NCBI GenBank assembly: GCA_963847445.1
Contig: CAWJZV010000017.1
Coordinates: forward strand, 128,001 to 192,000
Source: an uncultured delta proteobacterium
GTDB lineage: Bacteria; Desulfobacterota; Binatia; UBA9968
Length of the DNA: 64,000 nt
Direction: 5' to 3'
A program made the position numbers and the translations under genes. The notes under the pieces are model-generated. The model had not been told where the DNA came from. It ran no database searches and worked only from the letters and a program-made list of their open reading frames with translations. Below are positions 1-11,346 of this stretch, piece by piece; positions within the stretch are counted from its first letter, which is position 1; each line of letters begins with the position of its first letter.

Positions 1-20
1 GGCCAGCAAAAAATTGTGAC

Positions 21-1061
21 TTACCAGCGCTGCGCCGGCGGCAGGCCAACCGATTTTAACCAATCGACGGTCTGGTTCGTGACCATTCTCTCATTGTTGA
101 CGAACAAGTGGGCTTGGAATGGCGAGTTGCCGGGGCTGCTGGGAATGACGACGATCTCGGCTTGCGGTGATTTAACCGCATTCGCTTTGATTCTGCCGGC
201 GATGGTTGCGCGCCGGGTGACTATGCCTTTGCCTTGGATGTTGTCGCCGTCGTCATAAACGATCAGAAACGGCACCTTGATGTTGCCAATCATTTTCTCG
301 ACATTGGCCTTGCTAGTTTTGACGTCCCGGTAGCTGATAAAGGTTTTCGCCGAAGTGATGATGAACCGGCCTTCGCGAAAGGGCAGCAGCTTGATCTCAT
401 CGCCTTTGCCGGCGGCAACCAACTCGCGGCATTCGCTGGCGAAGCTTTCGTATAGTTCGGGGCCGAGCAATGAATCGCGAGTCACGGCCGGAATGTCGAT
501 ATGCGGGCCGTAGACGCCCAGGGCTTTGACCGCCGGGTGCGGTTGGTCGCCTTGATAGTATTCGACGATCGGTGTGCCGAGGCTATGGCCGACGAGAAAT
601 ATTCTGTCGCAGCCGCGGCTGGCCATGAACGAAACCGCATCGCCGGCTTCGCTGACCGCTGTGTCAAAGTCCGAAGTGCGAAAGGAATCTCCCGAATGGA
701 CGCCGTTGTACCCCAGCACGGTGTAGCCGGCTTCGGCGAGATAGGCGCCGAGAAACATCGTCGGCGCCGAGTACCAATAGGATTCAACGCCGTGCACTAA
801 TACCACAGCGGTTGATGACGGCTTGAACAATTTCGCATCGGGGCTGAAGATGCCGCCCTGCACGTCTCGACCGTTACTGCGAAATTCTATCAGTTCAAAT
901 CCGACGCCGGCTTTCGGTAAGTAGCCCATGGAAAATTTCTCCTGCCACTTGGTAATACCGATCGGCGTGGAGCGCAAGTGCTCATGAACATCGCTTGGTA
1001 AATTGAGAATTGACAATGGATAATTGACAGTGGCGGATCGAGGATGGCGTTGTTGCCGCAT
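21..1061 (-). CDS. Alpha/beta-fold hydrolase (start uncertain, 929-1061)
   Basis: VLVHG oxyanion motif and GHSLG nucleophile elbow; AAGGAA upstream of ATG 1061. Confidence 0.75.
   Translation of the reverse strand: MRQQRHPRSATVNYPLSILNLPSDVHEHLRSTPIGITKWQEKFSMGYLPKAGVGFELIEFRSNGRDVQGGIFSPDAKLFKPSSTAVVLVHGVESYWYSAPTMFLGAYLAEAGYTVLGYNGVHSGDSFRTSDFDTAVSEAGDAVSFMASRGCDRIFLVGHSLGTPIVEYYQGDQPHPAVKALGVYGPHIDIPAVTRDSLLGPELYESFASECRELVAAGKGDEIKLLPFREGRFIITSAKTFISYRDVKTSKANVEKMIGNIKVPFLIVYDDGDNIQGKGIVTRRATIAGRIKANAVKSPQAEIVVIPSSPGNSPFQAHLFVNNERMVTNQTVDWLKSVGLPPAQRW
1001..1047. repeat. Short (about 7-mer) imperfect tandem repeats
   Basis: aattgag-aattgac-aatggat-aattgac followed by ggatcgaggatgg. Confidence 0.55.
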
Positions 1062-1133
1062 TGGTTCCTTGACGCAGTGGTCTGTAGCGCGTAGCGTCAC
1101 GCATGGTAATTAACCTTCGTAAGGAATGAATAA

Positions 1134-1868
1134 ATGATCGCACAAACAGTTAAAGATGAACTCGCGCCGTCGGGTAAACTGCGTATCGGCATCAACTATG
1201 GCAATGCGGTGCTGGCGAGCCGGGATGCGGCGAGCGGCGAGTTGCGCGGCGTGGCGGTGGATTTAGCCCGGGAATTGGGCCGCCGATGCGAGCTAGCGGT
1301 GGAACTCGTGGCCTTTGAATCCGCCGGCAAGATGGCTGCGGCGGTGAGGGCGGACACTTGGGACACGGCTTTTCTCGCGGTGGAGCCGGGACGGGCGGAT
1401 GAAATCGCGTTTACTGCGCCTTATCTGCTGATCGAGGGCACCTATTTAACGCCGCCGGGATCGCCGATTCAAGCCATCGCCGATGTCGATCAAGCTGGCG
1501 TGCGTGTCGGGGTGTCGACGGGCAGTGCTTACCATTTGTTCTTGAGCCGAAACTTGAAGCAGGCGCAAATGATCAAGGCGGAGAGCCCAAATACCGCGTT
1601 CAATCTGATCATTGAGGGCAAAGTCGATGTTGTCGCCGGCGTGCGCCAGGCGCTGATGGCCAATGCCGCCAAGCTTCCAGGTTCGCGTGTTTTCGACGAG
1701 CGCTTCATGGCGATCGAACAGGCGATGGGCATGCCGCTTGGACGCGCTGCGGCTTTGAAATGTTTGCGTCAGTTTATCGAGGATGTGAAAGCGTCCGGCT
1801 TTGTCACCCAGGCGCTTGAGCGCGCGGGCATTCGCGGTGTGGCCGTGGCGCCGCGAGCGGTTCCGTAG
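1134..1868 (+). CDS. Polar amino-acid-type (family 3) substrate-binding domain protein
   Basis: LAPSGKLRIGIN, GVAVDLARELG and FTAPYLLIEG motifs; AAGGA RBS. Confidence 0.8.
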   Translation: MIAQTVKDELAPSGKLRIGINYGNAVLASRDAASGELRGVAVDLARELGRRCELAVELVAFESAGKMAAAVRADTWDTAFLAVEPGRADEIAFTAPYLLIEGTYLTPPGSPIQAIADVDQAGVRVGVSTGSAYHLFLSRNLKQAQMIKAESPNTAFNLIIEGKVDVVAGVRQALMANAAKLPGSRVFDERFMAIEQAMGMPLGRAAALKCLRQFIEDVKASGFVTQALERAGIRGVAVAPRAVP

Positions 1869-1900
1869 ACGAGATTGGATCTTCGGTATTAAAGACGTCT

Positions 1901-2172
1901 CATCACGAAGGACACGAAGTTTGGAATCTTAATTTTCCGAAACCTTCGTGACCTTCTTCGAAAATACATGTGAGGGGATGATATGCACAACAAAGAGCTG
2001 CGGGGCTCCGTCATACCCGAGAAAGCGGGTATCCAGGCTAATTGGGCGCAGACCAAACCTGGATTCCCGCGTGCGCGGGAATGACGCGTCAAGCAGACCG
2101 CCTATGGAGGGATCCCATCCATTTTCATTTTCTGTAGACGAGCGTAAGCTCATGAAGCACTTCGTGGTGAGA
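1901..2172. repeat. CACGAAG-type palindrome interrupted by a ~207-bp insert (1954-2160) that carries a GTCAT..ATGAC REP doublet (2009-2086)
   Basis: Arms cacgaaggacacgaag and ttcgtgacc|ttcgtggtgaga; insert ends match those at 50906-51091. Confidence 0.8.
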
Positions 2173-2245
2173 TCCGGCTTCTCTGCTTCCACAGCAGTTT
2201 TTTTCAACCCTTATGCGCTGCGGTCGCTTGTGATAGACGAAAACA

Positions 2246-3559
2246 ATGGATGAGAACGATAACCAGCTGGCGCTGCGGCCGCCGTTCTCACTGCCATTTT
2301 ACTACGGCTGGTTCATTATCGGGCTGAGCTTTCTCGCTTACCTCGCCGCGTCGGCGGTGCGCTCGGCGCCTTCGGTGTTGATTCATCCTTTGGAGCGGGA
2401 ATTCGGTTGGGGACGAACGGCGATCTCTGCGGCGGCGAGTTTGAATTTACTCACCTATGGTTTGATGGCGCCAGTGGGCGGTTGGCTGCTCGATCGTTAC
2501 GGTGCTAGACGCGTCGTGATCGGCTGTCTCGCGGCTATCGCCGTCGGCGTCACGGGTACCGTGTTTGTTAGCGAGCTGTGGCACTTTATTCTTCTCTGGG
2601 GAATTGTCCTTGGCATCGCCACCGGCGTGACGCCGGCGCTGTCGGCGAGCGTGGCGAGCCGCTGGTTTATCGCCCGGCGCGGTCTGGCCCTGGGTATTCT
2701 CACCAACGCCAATGCCACCGGGCAGGTCATTTTCTTGCCGATTCTCATGGCGCTAGTCGTCTCTCATGGTTGGCGCACGGCGATGATGTTGATCGTCGGC
2801 ACGGCGTTACTGTTGTTGCCGGCGATCTGGTTGTGGCTGCGCGACTATCCTGCGGAGCTTGGCCTCGAACCTTACAGCGACGGCACGACGACATTAGACC
2901 AACGCAATCAGGCGCGCGCCGCGCCTCGCGCATTTTCCCTTGCCACCTTCGGCGATGCGATCAAAACGCCGACGTTTTGGCTTTTGAGCGGCAGTTTCTT
3001 CGTCTGCGGCATGACCTCCAACGGTTTAGTCGGCACCCATATGATTCCCCATGCGATTGAGCGCGGCATCGCGGAAGTGACGGCGGCGACGGCGGTTGGC
3101 ATCATGGGGGTGGCGAGTTTTGTCGGGACCACGTTCGCCGGTTGGCTGTGCGACCGGATGGACGCGCGCAAAGTATTGTCGGCGGCTTATTTGTTCCGTG
3201 GCTTGTCGCTGTTTGTCTTGCCCTACGTGACGGACTCGTCAGGCTTATTCGTCTTCGCGATTTTGTACGGCTTCGACTGGTTCGCCACCGGACCGTCGAC
3301 GGTGGCGCTGATCGCCAAACATTTTGGCCAGGACCGGGTTGGCGTGCTCTTCGGCTTGGTTTTCGTATCGCACCAAATCGGCAGTGCCATCGCCGCCCTC
3401 GGCGCCGGCTGGATCTATAGCGAGTTCGGCGAATACTACTACGCCTTCATGAGTGGCGCGCTGATGGGTTTGCTCGCTGCCGGGATGGCGATGATGATTC
3501 GCCGGGATCGGGATCAAGCTCCGGCTCTGCCTGTGGGCGCCCAAGCGGCGCGCGCGTAA
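2246..3559 (+). CDS. MFS transporter
   Basis: About 12 hydrophobic segments; motif A GWLLDRYGARR; paralog at 17326. Confidence 0.9.
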   Translation: MDENDNQLALRPPFSLPFYYGWFIIGLSFLAYLAASAVRSAPSVLIHPLEREFGWGRTAISAAASLNLLTYGLMAPVGGWLLDRYGARRVVIGCLAAIAVGVTGTVFVSELWHFILLWGIVLGIATGVTPALSASVASRWFIARRGLALGILTNANATGQVIFLPILMALVVSHGWRTAMMLIVGTALLLLPAIWLWLRDYPAELGLEPYSDGTTTLDQRNQARAAPRAFSLATFGDAIKTPTFWLLSGSFFVCGMTSNGLVGTHMIPHAIERGIAEVTAATAVGIMGVASFVGTTFAGWLCDRMDARKVLSAAYLFRGLSLFVLPYVTDSSGLFVFAILYGFDWFATGPSTVALIAKHFGQDRVGVLFGLVFVSHQIGSAIAALGAGWIYSEFGEYYYAFMSGALMGLLAAGMAMMIRRDRDQAPALPVGAQAARA

Positions 3560-3622
3560 GTCATCGCTTCGCGGTGAATTGCCGATTCCAGAATTCAAAA
3601 TTACCCATGGTAACCGCGCCGC

Positions 3623-4666
3623 TTACTCGCGGTAGCGCGCCTGCATCTGGGCGAGAAAGCCGCTGTCCTCGAGCTTGCGCAGAAATGAGTTGTCGATCAG
3701 GGTTGCCGGGTTGACGTCGGCGAGCTTGGGGTTTTGCATGGCCAGGAGCCGTTGCATGTTTTTTAAACCTTCAAGGGACGGATAGGGTTTGGGTTCAAAT
3801 TCCTTGACGATATCGCCGTAGCCTTCTTCGGCAAGGGATAGATCGGAGAGCTTGAGCCTGCTCATGATGGTTTTTATCGTCTGGCTCTTGCCGCTGGGCG
3901 CCAGCAGATAGTATTCGGCTTCGATCATCGCTTTCAGGATATTCTCGGCGGTGGAGGGGCTTTTATCGAGAAAAGATTTTCTCGCGACGATGCCGGTTGA
4001 AGCCATGGCCGGGAATACTTCGTTCATCACGTTGAAGCCCTTTTTCTTTAGGTCGAGACTGTAGGCGCGGGTCGTCAACACCGTGGCGTCGATCACGCCG
4101 CTTTCCAGCGCCCGGACCATGACGGTCTGATCACCGACGACGATAAATTGAATCTTGTCGCGCACCGGGTCCAACCCCAGCTGCTCCAGGGTGAGCATGG
4201 CGTACATCCATAAAGTCCCGCCGATGCTCTGGACGCCGAAGCGCTTGCCCGATAAGTCCGCCGGCTTGCGAATGTCCGGCCGCACGGTGAGAAAACCTCG
4301 GCCGCGGCTGACGAAGCCGGCGAGCAGCTTGAGCTCGGTGCCGGCGGCGGCGCCACCGAGCACCGTCGTGCCGCCGGTATAGGCGACGTCGATATCGCCG
4401 GAGGCAAAGCCGGCGGTGAGCATCTGATTGTTGCGCACCAGCACACTCTGCCCGCGCAGGCCGTACTTGCCGAAGAAATCCAAATCTTGCGCCAGCCAGA
4501 GCGGCGCGACGCGCGGGCTGGGACTGGGATAGGCGATGGCGACGCGCACCGGCGCGGCGGCGCCGTGAGTCAGCACCGTCTGCGCCAGCAGCGCGAGAAT
4601 GATCAATACAAGTGTGAGACGGCGGCGCAACTTGCGCGCTAGCGTCGTCATAGAAAGGCGTACCAT
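3623..4666 (-). CDS. NMT1/SsuA-type ABC substrate-binding protein
   Basis: Signal-like N-terminus, FFGKYGL, DLSGKRFGV, C-terminal IDNSFLRKLEDSGF; AGGAG before ATG 4666. Confidence 0.85.
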   Translation of the reverse strand: MVRLSMTTLARKLRRRLTLVLIILALLAQTVLTHGAAAPVRVAIAYPSPSPRVAPLWLAQDLDFFGKYGLRGQSVLVRNNQMLTAGFASGDIDVAYTGGTTVLGGAAAGTELKLLAGFVSRGRGFLTVRPDIRKPADLSGKRFGVQSIGGTLWMYAMLTLEQLGLDPVRDKIQFIVVGDQTVMVRALESGVIDATVLTTRAYSLDLKKKGFNVMNEVFPAMASTGIVARKSFLDKSPSTAENILKAMIEAEYYLLAPSGKSQTIKTIMSRLKLSDLSLAEEGYGDIVKEFEPKPYPSLEGLKNMQRLLAMQNPKLADVNPATLIDNSFLRKLEDSGFLAQMQARYRE

Positions 4667-4994
4667 AGAGACGCTCCTTTTGGGTCTTGGCGGGAGGAAT
4701 CTTAACGCAGTGCATATCAATCTCGCCGATTTAAAGAAAGGGCGAAATGCGCGGGCGCTCTGCTGCGCGAAGCTCTTCGTGGCGAGACCGAATACCCTCA
4801 AGCCGCCCACCATTAGTCATGTGCAGCATTTAGGTCTACACCGCTTCGTAACGGGAAGCGGTTTAGCTTGGTGGTATTTTTTGCCTTCGATGCTTAGAAG
4901 TCCAGTGGCCGAGACTCGTAGCCAGCGAGGCAGTCGTTTAGAGGTTGCAATGGGTTGGAATTGTAAGAGGGTCTTGACGAAGGGGGGGAAAATC

Positions 4995-5031
4995 AAAAAA
5001 ATGCGGCTGAAGCTCCTGGCTCCAGCCGCAT
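4995..5031 (-). terminator. Intrinsic terminator of the fasciclin gene
   Basis: Minus strand atgcggctggagc..gcttcagccgcat hairpin followed by a T-run, 16 nt after the stop codon. Confidence 0.8.
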
Positions 5032-5047
5032 GTTGCACTGTTATCCC

Positions 5048-5542
5048 CTACGGGATCACGACCGTGTCGATCACGTGGATCACGCCGTTGCTAGCCATGA
5101 TATCGGTGCGAACAACTTGTGCGTTGTCCACCATGACTTTGCCGTCCGCGACATTGATCTTCAGCGAACTTCCGTTGGCCGTCTTTGCGGTTTTAAGATT
5201 GACCACCTCGCTTGCGGTCACTTGGCCGGCGACAACATGATAGGTAAGAATCGCTTGCAGCTTGCTGCGATTTTCCGGTTTGAGCAGATTTTCCACCGTA
5301 CCGGCAGGCAGCTTGGCAAACGCTTCGTCTGTCGGGGCGAACACCGTAAACGGTCCCTTGCCTTTGAGCGTATCCACCAATCCAGCCGCCTTTACCGCGG
5401 CAACTAAGGTCGTGAACGATCCGGCCGACACCGCAGTGTCGACGATATCTTTCTCCGCTGCCATTTCTGCTTTCACCGGCGCGGCCAAAGCCAATCCCAA
5501 GCTGATCACCATTGCCCCTAATGCACATTTGAAGATTTTCAT
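5048..5542 (-). CDS. Secreted fasciclin (FAS1) domain protein, Nex18/MPB70-like
   Basis: Signal peptide; [18 protein letters not shown] and [11 protein letters not shown] motifs; GGAGG RBS. Confidence 0.93.
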   Translation of the reverse strand: MKIFKCALGAMVISLGLALAAPVKAEMAAEKDIVDTAVSAGSFTTLVAAVKAAGLVDTLKGKGPFTVFAPTDEAFAKLPAGTVENLLKPENRSKLQAILTYHVVAGQVTASEVVNLKTAKTANGSSLKINVADGKVMVDNAQVVRTDIMASNGVIHVIDTVVIP

Positions 5543-5597
5543 TTTTCTTTCCTCCTTGGTTATTTTTTGTTTCTCAATCTTCCTGCGTTGGTGATAC

Positions 5598-5614
5598 AGC
5601 AAGGGCGATGCCAG
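5598..5614 (-). promoter_or_regulatory. Sigma54 (-24/-12) promoter for the fasciclin gene
   Basis: Minus strand CTGGCATCGCCCTTGCT has GG-N10-GC and matches TGGCA-N6-TTGCW. Confidence 0.88.
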
Positions 5615-5685
5615 TCTTTTGTTGGCGTCCTTTCCATCTGAATTAGCGAAGAAAAAATCGATTGAAGCGAAATCGTCGCGGGCTT

Positions 5686-5747
5686 GTGAGACACTCGTGA
5701 GACAAGCGGCTGTCTCACGAGTGTCTCACGATGTATCAGTTGCGACA
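5686..5747. promoter_or_regulatory. Probable enhancer (UAS) for the adjacent sigma54 activator
   Basis: Perfect 19-bp inverted repeat GTGAGACACTCGTGAGACA-N6-TGTCTCACGAGTGTCTCAC (5686-5729) plus an imperfect TGTATCA-GT-TGCGACA site. Confidence 0.75.
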
Positions 5748-5752
5748 GCGAC

Positions 5753-7537
<1,785 letters not shown>

Positions 7538-7705
7538 GTCTGTTAATGTAGCTGAAAAAATCGTCCGAACCGAGCGGGTGAGCACTTGTACCGCGCGGCT
7601 ACGGGAGTATGGCCGGCCGCCGCTAAACGCTGGGGATGGTTGGCAAAACTATGGCCTTGGACAAAGCAGACTGAGAGCCGGCTTGTCCAAGGCCGTCAGC
7701 AAGGT

Positions 7706-8206
7706 CTAAATCGCCTTGTAAGGGAAGCGTTTCAACTTGGTCGTGTTCTTGCCCTCGATGCGCAAGAGACCGGTCGCCGCAACGCGCTTGGGCGAGTGGA
7801 CATCGCCTTCGTTGTAAATATGCGCCATTCCCGGTTTGAGCGTGTAGACCTGGCCGCGTTTGACTTTTCCCGGTTGGCCTTCGGCGGCGGCTTCGAGCAC
7901 TTCCCAGTCGCTCATCTGAGTCTCCCCCCAGGCCTGGCCGTAGATCGCCCAGGAGTTGCCGTGATCGTGCGGATTGGCCTCGCGCGCTTCGCGATTGACA
8001 TGGGCGCAGACGCAGAAGCCCAGTTCGGCATCTTCGTAAATCACTTGGCGGTCGGGGGTGTTGTCGTTGATGTAGGTCGAGATGAACTTTTCATCTTTGA
8101 GCGCTTCCTGTACTAGGTCGCGGACTTTCTCCCGGCCGGTTCGGCTCGGGTCGGCTTTGAGAATGCGCTGCACATCCGACGCGAACGATTCAAGCGTGAT
8201 ACTCAT
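7706..8206 (-). CDS. Cupin-fold, cysteine dioxygenase-like metal-binding protein
   Basis: PHDHGNSWAIYG and GDVHSP motifs; AGGAGG RBS. Confidence 0.75.
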   Translation of the reverse strand: MSITLESFASDVQRILKADPSRTGREKVRDLVQEALKDEKFISTYINDNTPDRQVIYEDAELGFCVCAHVNREAREANPHDHGNSWAIYGQAWGETQMSDWEVLEAAAEGQPGKVKRGQVYTLKPGMAHIYNEGDVHSPKRVAATGLLRIEGKNTTKLKRFPYKAI

Positions 8207-8285
8207 GATTCATCCTCCTATTTAGTGTGACTCTGATGACCAAAGCATTAGCAAAGTAATGTGGCTACCGTCAATCGAAATACGA

Positions 8286-8314
8286 TTGACTGCTCTGCGC
8301 CGCAGCACTATAAG
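8286..8314 (+). promoter_or_regulatory. Putative sigma70 promoter
   Basis: TTGACT-N17-TATAAG, ending 7 nt before ATG 8322. Confidence 0.5.
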
Positions 8315-8321
8315 CGCAGGC

Positions 8322-9383
8322 ATGCGGCGATCATTCGTGACGGCGCGCGGGTTGGCGTTTGTCCTAGTTACGACGGCCGTGTTGGCCGCCGGCTGTTCCG
8401 GCGCATTCCGAAATTCTCAAATCACAGCGAAGGTCATGGATTACAAGATTTTAGGCCGCACCGGACTGAAAGTCAGTGTCGCTGGGTTGGGCTGTGGCGG
8501 GCCGAGCCGGTTGGGGTTGAAGGACAAGACCAGAAGCGAAAGCGATGTGGTGGCGCATGTGCGCGGCGCCATCGATCTGGGCATCAACTTTTTCGACACG
8601 GCGGAGTGGTATGGCACCGAAGTTGTGGTCGGTAAGGCGATCGCCGGCGCGGCCCGCGACCGGCTGGTGATTTCCACCAAGAAAAATATCGTGCCGGAAG
8701 ATCATCCGGATCCTGACACCGAGATTCGCCGCTCGCTCGAACAGAGCTTGAAAAATCTCGGCACTGATTACGTCGATGTCTACCATGTCCACGGCGCGGA
8801 GCCGAAGGATTATGCCAATGCCGCCGAGCGCCACTTGCCGACGCTGCTGCGGCTGCGCGATCAGGGGAAAATCCGCGCCGTGGGGATTACCGAACGGTTT
8901 GTCGTCGACTCGTCGCATCGGATGGCCGAGCGCGCTGTGCGCGACAATGTCTGGGATGTCATCATGGTGGGATTCAATCTGCTCAATCCCTGCGCGCGCC
9001 GAAATATTTTTCCGTTGACCGCGGCCACCGGTGTAGGCGTTCTCGTTAGCTATGCCTTGCGCCGCGCGTTGAGCCAGCCTGAGCGCTTGAAAAAACTTTG
9101 CGCCGAGCTTGTCGGCAATGGCGCGATTCCTACCGGCGCGTTGAACCTCGCAGAGCCGTTGGATTTCGTTACCCAAGGTGGCGCGGCGGTGTCAATTCAA
9201 GATGCGGCTTACCGGTTTTGCCGTTACGAGCCGGGAGTCGACGTCGTTTTGACCGGTACGGGCAATCCGCAACATCTCAAGGCCAATGTCGAGTCGCTTG
9301 CGCGGCCGCCGCTACCGGCGCTGGTGCAACAGCGACTGAAAGAGCTGTTCGGCAACATCGATGGATTGACCGGTAATCAGTAG
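8322..9383 (+). CDS. Aldo/keto reductase (core from ATG 8436; possible lipoprotein-signal extension from 8322)
   Basis: LGRTGLKVS, GINFFDTAEWYG, SLKNLGTDYVDVYHVH, GKIRAVG motifs. Confidence 0.9.
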   Translation: MRRSFVTARGLAFVLVTTAVLAAGCSGAFRNSQITAKVMDYKILGRTGLKVSVAGLGCGGPSRLGLKDKTRSESDVVAHVRGAIDLGINFFDTAEWYGTEVVVGKAIAGAARDRLVISTKKNIVPEDHPDPDTEIRRSLEQSLKNLGTDYVDVYHVHGAEPKDYANAAERHLPTLLRLRDQGKIRAVGITERFVVDSSHRMAERAVRDNVWDVIMVGFNLLNPCARRNIFPLTAATGVGVLVSYALRRALSQPERLKKLCAELVGNGAIPTGALNLAEPLDFVTQGGAAVSIQDAAYRFCRYEPGVDVVLTGTGNPQHLKANVESLARPPLPALVQQRLKELFGNIDGLTGNQ

Positions 9384-9590
9384 TTGGCGTGGAGAACCGA
9401 GGAACGCTATGGCTGACCTAATGCTGCGAACAGAGCGAGTGTGGGCATCACCAGCATGGAGCGTTGGATGGCGTGAGCGCGGCGCATTGCAGATTGCAGA
9501 TTCCATATTGCAGAATTGGCAACGGCGATGGCAGGCTGGCGTGAGTTGTAGTAGGTTTCGGGTGAGAGAGTGAATTCACAGGGGGGCAAC

Positions 9591-10622
9591 ATGATCGGCA
9601 AGACTCGATGGTTTTTTCTTAGCGTCGCGGCAGCGATCGCTGTTACTGTTTCGGTCACAGCGCAGGCGCAAGATATTTATAAAGACAAGACGCTGACGTT
9701 TATCGTCGGTTACTCACCGGGTGGAACTTACGATCAGTACACGCGGTTGCTGGCGCGCCATATCGGTAAGTATTTGCCGGGCAATCCGACGCGCATCGTC
9801 GAGAATATGCCGGGCGCGGGCGGCATCATCGCGGCGAATCATCTTTACAACCGCGCCAAGCCCGATGGCCTCACCATTGCCGCCTGGGCATCGCCGTTGA
9901 TCTTGCAACATGTGATGGGCAACGACGCGATCAAGATCGACGGGCGCAAAGTCGGCTGGGTCGGCATACCCGGCCCCTACGACACCGCTTGTCATTTCAA
10001 TAGTCAGAGCGGCGTCCGCACCATGGACGACTGGATCAACGCCAAACGGCCGATGAAAATCTCTTCCATCGGTCCCGGCACGAGCCTGTCCGACGTGCCG
10101 AAACTTTTGAAAGCGGCGCTCAATTTGCCGCTTGAAATGGTCGAAGGTTACAAAGGCGGCGCGGAGGCGCGCATCGCAGTCGAGAGCGGCGAGGTCGACG
10201 GTTTATGCGCGTCGTGGCAAGCGACCAAGGTGACTTGGCGCAGCCAGATGGAAGCGGGCAAGATTCACGTGGTTTTGCAGGCAACATTCAAATCGCACCC
10301 CGAATTGAAGAAAGTGCCGCTGGCGATCAACTACGCCAAGACCGAGGAGGCCAAAACGCTGTTGCGTGTCGCCGATAACGTCCATGTCTATCAGTTTCCA
10401 TTTTCCACCGCACCGGGGACGCCGGCGGATCGTCTACAAGCGCTGCAACAGGCTTTCGTCAAAACTTTTCGCGATCGTGAGTTGGTCGCGGAAGCGAACA
10501 AGGCACAGTTGGAAGTGGAACCGATCGACGGGCCGACCACGGCCAAGACGTTTGCCGGTTTGTATGATTTGAACCCGGCGCTGGTGGCGAAGTTGAAAGA
10601 CATTCTAATTCCGAAGCGATAA
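9591..10622 (+). CDS. TctC/Bug-family tripartite tricarboxylate transporter substrate-binding protein
   Basis: IVGYSPGGTYD, VENMPGAGG, KPDGLT, GYKG motifs; signal peptide. Confidence 0.88.
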   Translation: MIGKTRWFFLSVAAAIAVTVSVTAQAQDIYKDKTLTFIVGYSPGGTYDQYTRLLARHIGKYLPGNPTRIVENMPGAGGIIAANHLYNRAKPDGLTIAAWASPLILQHVMGNDAIKIDGRKVGWVGIPGPYDTACHFNSQSGVRTMDDWINAKRPMKISSIGPGTSLSDVPKLLKAALNLPLEMVEGYKGGAEARIAVESGEVDGLCASWQATKVTWRSQMEAGKIHVVLQATFKSHPELKKVPLAINYAKTEEAKTLLRVADNVHVYQFPFSTAPGTPADRLQALQQAFVKTFRDRELVAEANKAQLEVEPIDGPTTAKTFAGLYDLNPALVAKLKDILIPKR

Positions 10623-10649
10623 GTATTATCGTGAGTATCGAGGTTGGTC

Positions 10650-11186
10650 ATGAGAAAAATCCAAGTTGCTTTAGGTTGCATCATGGCAATTCTAATCTCG
10701 TCGGCGATTCCCGCGGCAGCCGTTGAGGTCGGTCAGAAGGCACCGGATTTCGAATTGCCCAGCACGAAAGGCGGCAAACTCAAGCTCAGCACGTTTCAGG
10801 GCAAAAAGAGCGTCTTGATCGAGTTCTACGTTTTGGACTTCACGCCGACGTGAATTCAAGAACTGTCATCCAGTCGGGATGACTATGCGCAGTTTGAGCA
10901 GGTGAACGCCGAAATCATCGGCATCAGCGCCAACGCCATTTTTTCACAGCAAGCGTTCGCCGACTTTCTCAAGCTCAACTTTCCCCTGGTGAGCGATTTC
11001 CCCAACCTGAAGACGATCGAAGCCTACGGCGTGCTCAACCCGCAGTCGAAGCTGGCCCAGCGCTCGTACTTTATCGTCGATAAACAGGGCGTCGTTCGTT
11101 ACAAGAAAGTTCAGGAGCGTGGCGAGGGACTGGTGCCCAACGCGCAGCTGGTCGAAGAGATCAGGAAAATCAATCAGGGAGATTGA
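10650..11186 (+). CDS. Exported peroxiredoxin (AhpC/TSA family), probable selenoprotein with Sec at TGA 10851-10853
   Basis: ORFs 10644-10853 and 10902-11186 are in frame; read-through gives APDFELP...EFYVLDFTPT-U-IQELSSSRDDYAQFEQVNAEIIGIS...LVSD...AQRSYFIVDKQGVVRY. Confidence 0.9.
10865..10883 (+). promoter_or_regulatory. Putative bacterial SECIS hairpin
   Basis: GTCATCC-AGTCG-GGATGAC, a 7-bp perfect stem starting 11 nt after the TGA, with G at loop position 2. Confidence 0.8.
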
Positions 11187-11220
11187 ATTTAGTTATTCTA
11201 GGTTTCGTTTGAAGGAGTAT

Positions 11221-11338
11221 TCACCACGAAGGCACGAAGGACACGAAGGGTTTCGGAAGGATCAATTGATCGTTCATCGATGAGGAACTTCTGATGCTGC
11301 TGTAGGCGAGCGCAAGCTCATGGACAATTCGTGGTGAA
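11221..11338. repeat. CACGAAG-type palindrome carrying the right end of the insert seen at 1954 and 50906
   Basis: tcaccacgaaggcacgaaggacacgaag ... ctgtaggcgagcgcaagctcatggacaa|ttcgtggtga. Confidence 0.75.
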
Positions 11339-11346
11339 GAAAATCT

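Noticed and set aside
4800-4980. Hairpin accgcttc..gaagcggt upstream of a binding-protein gene as a riboswitch
   Set aside because: No recognisable riboswitch consensus; an Rfam/Infernal search would be needed.
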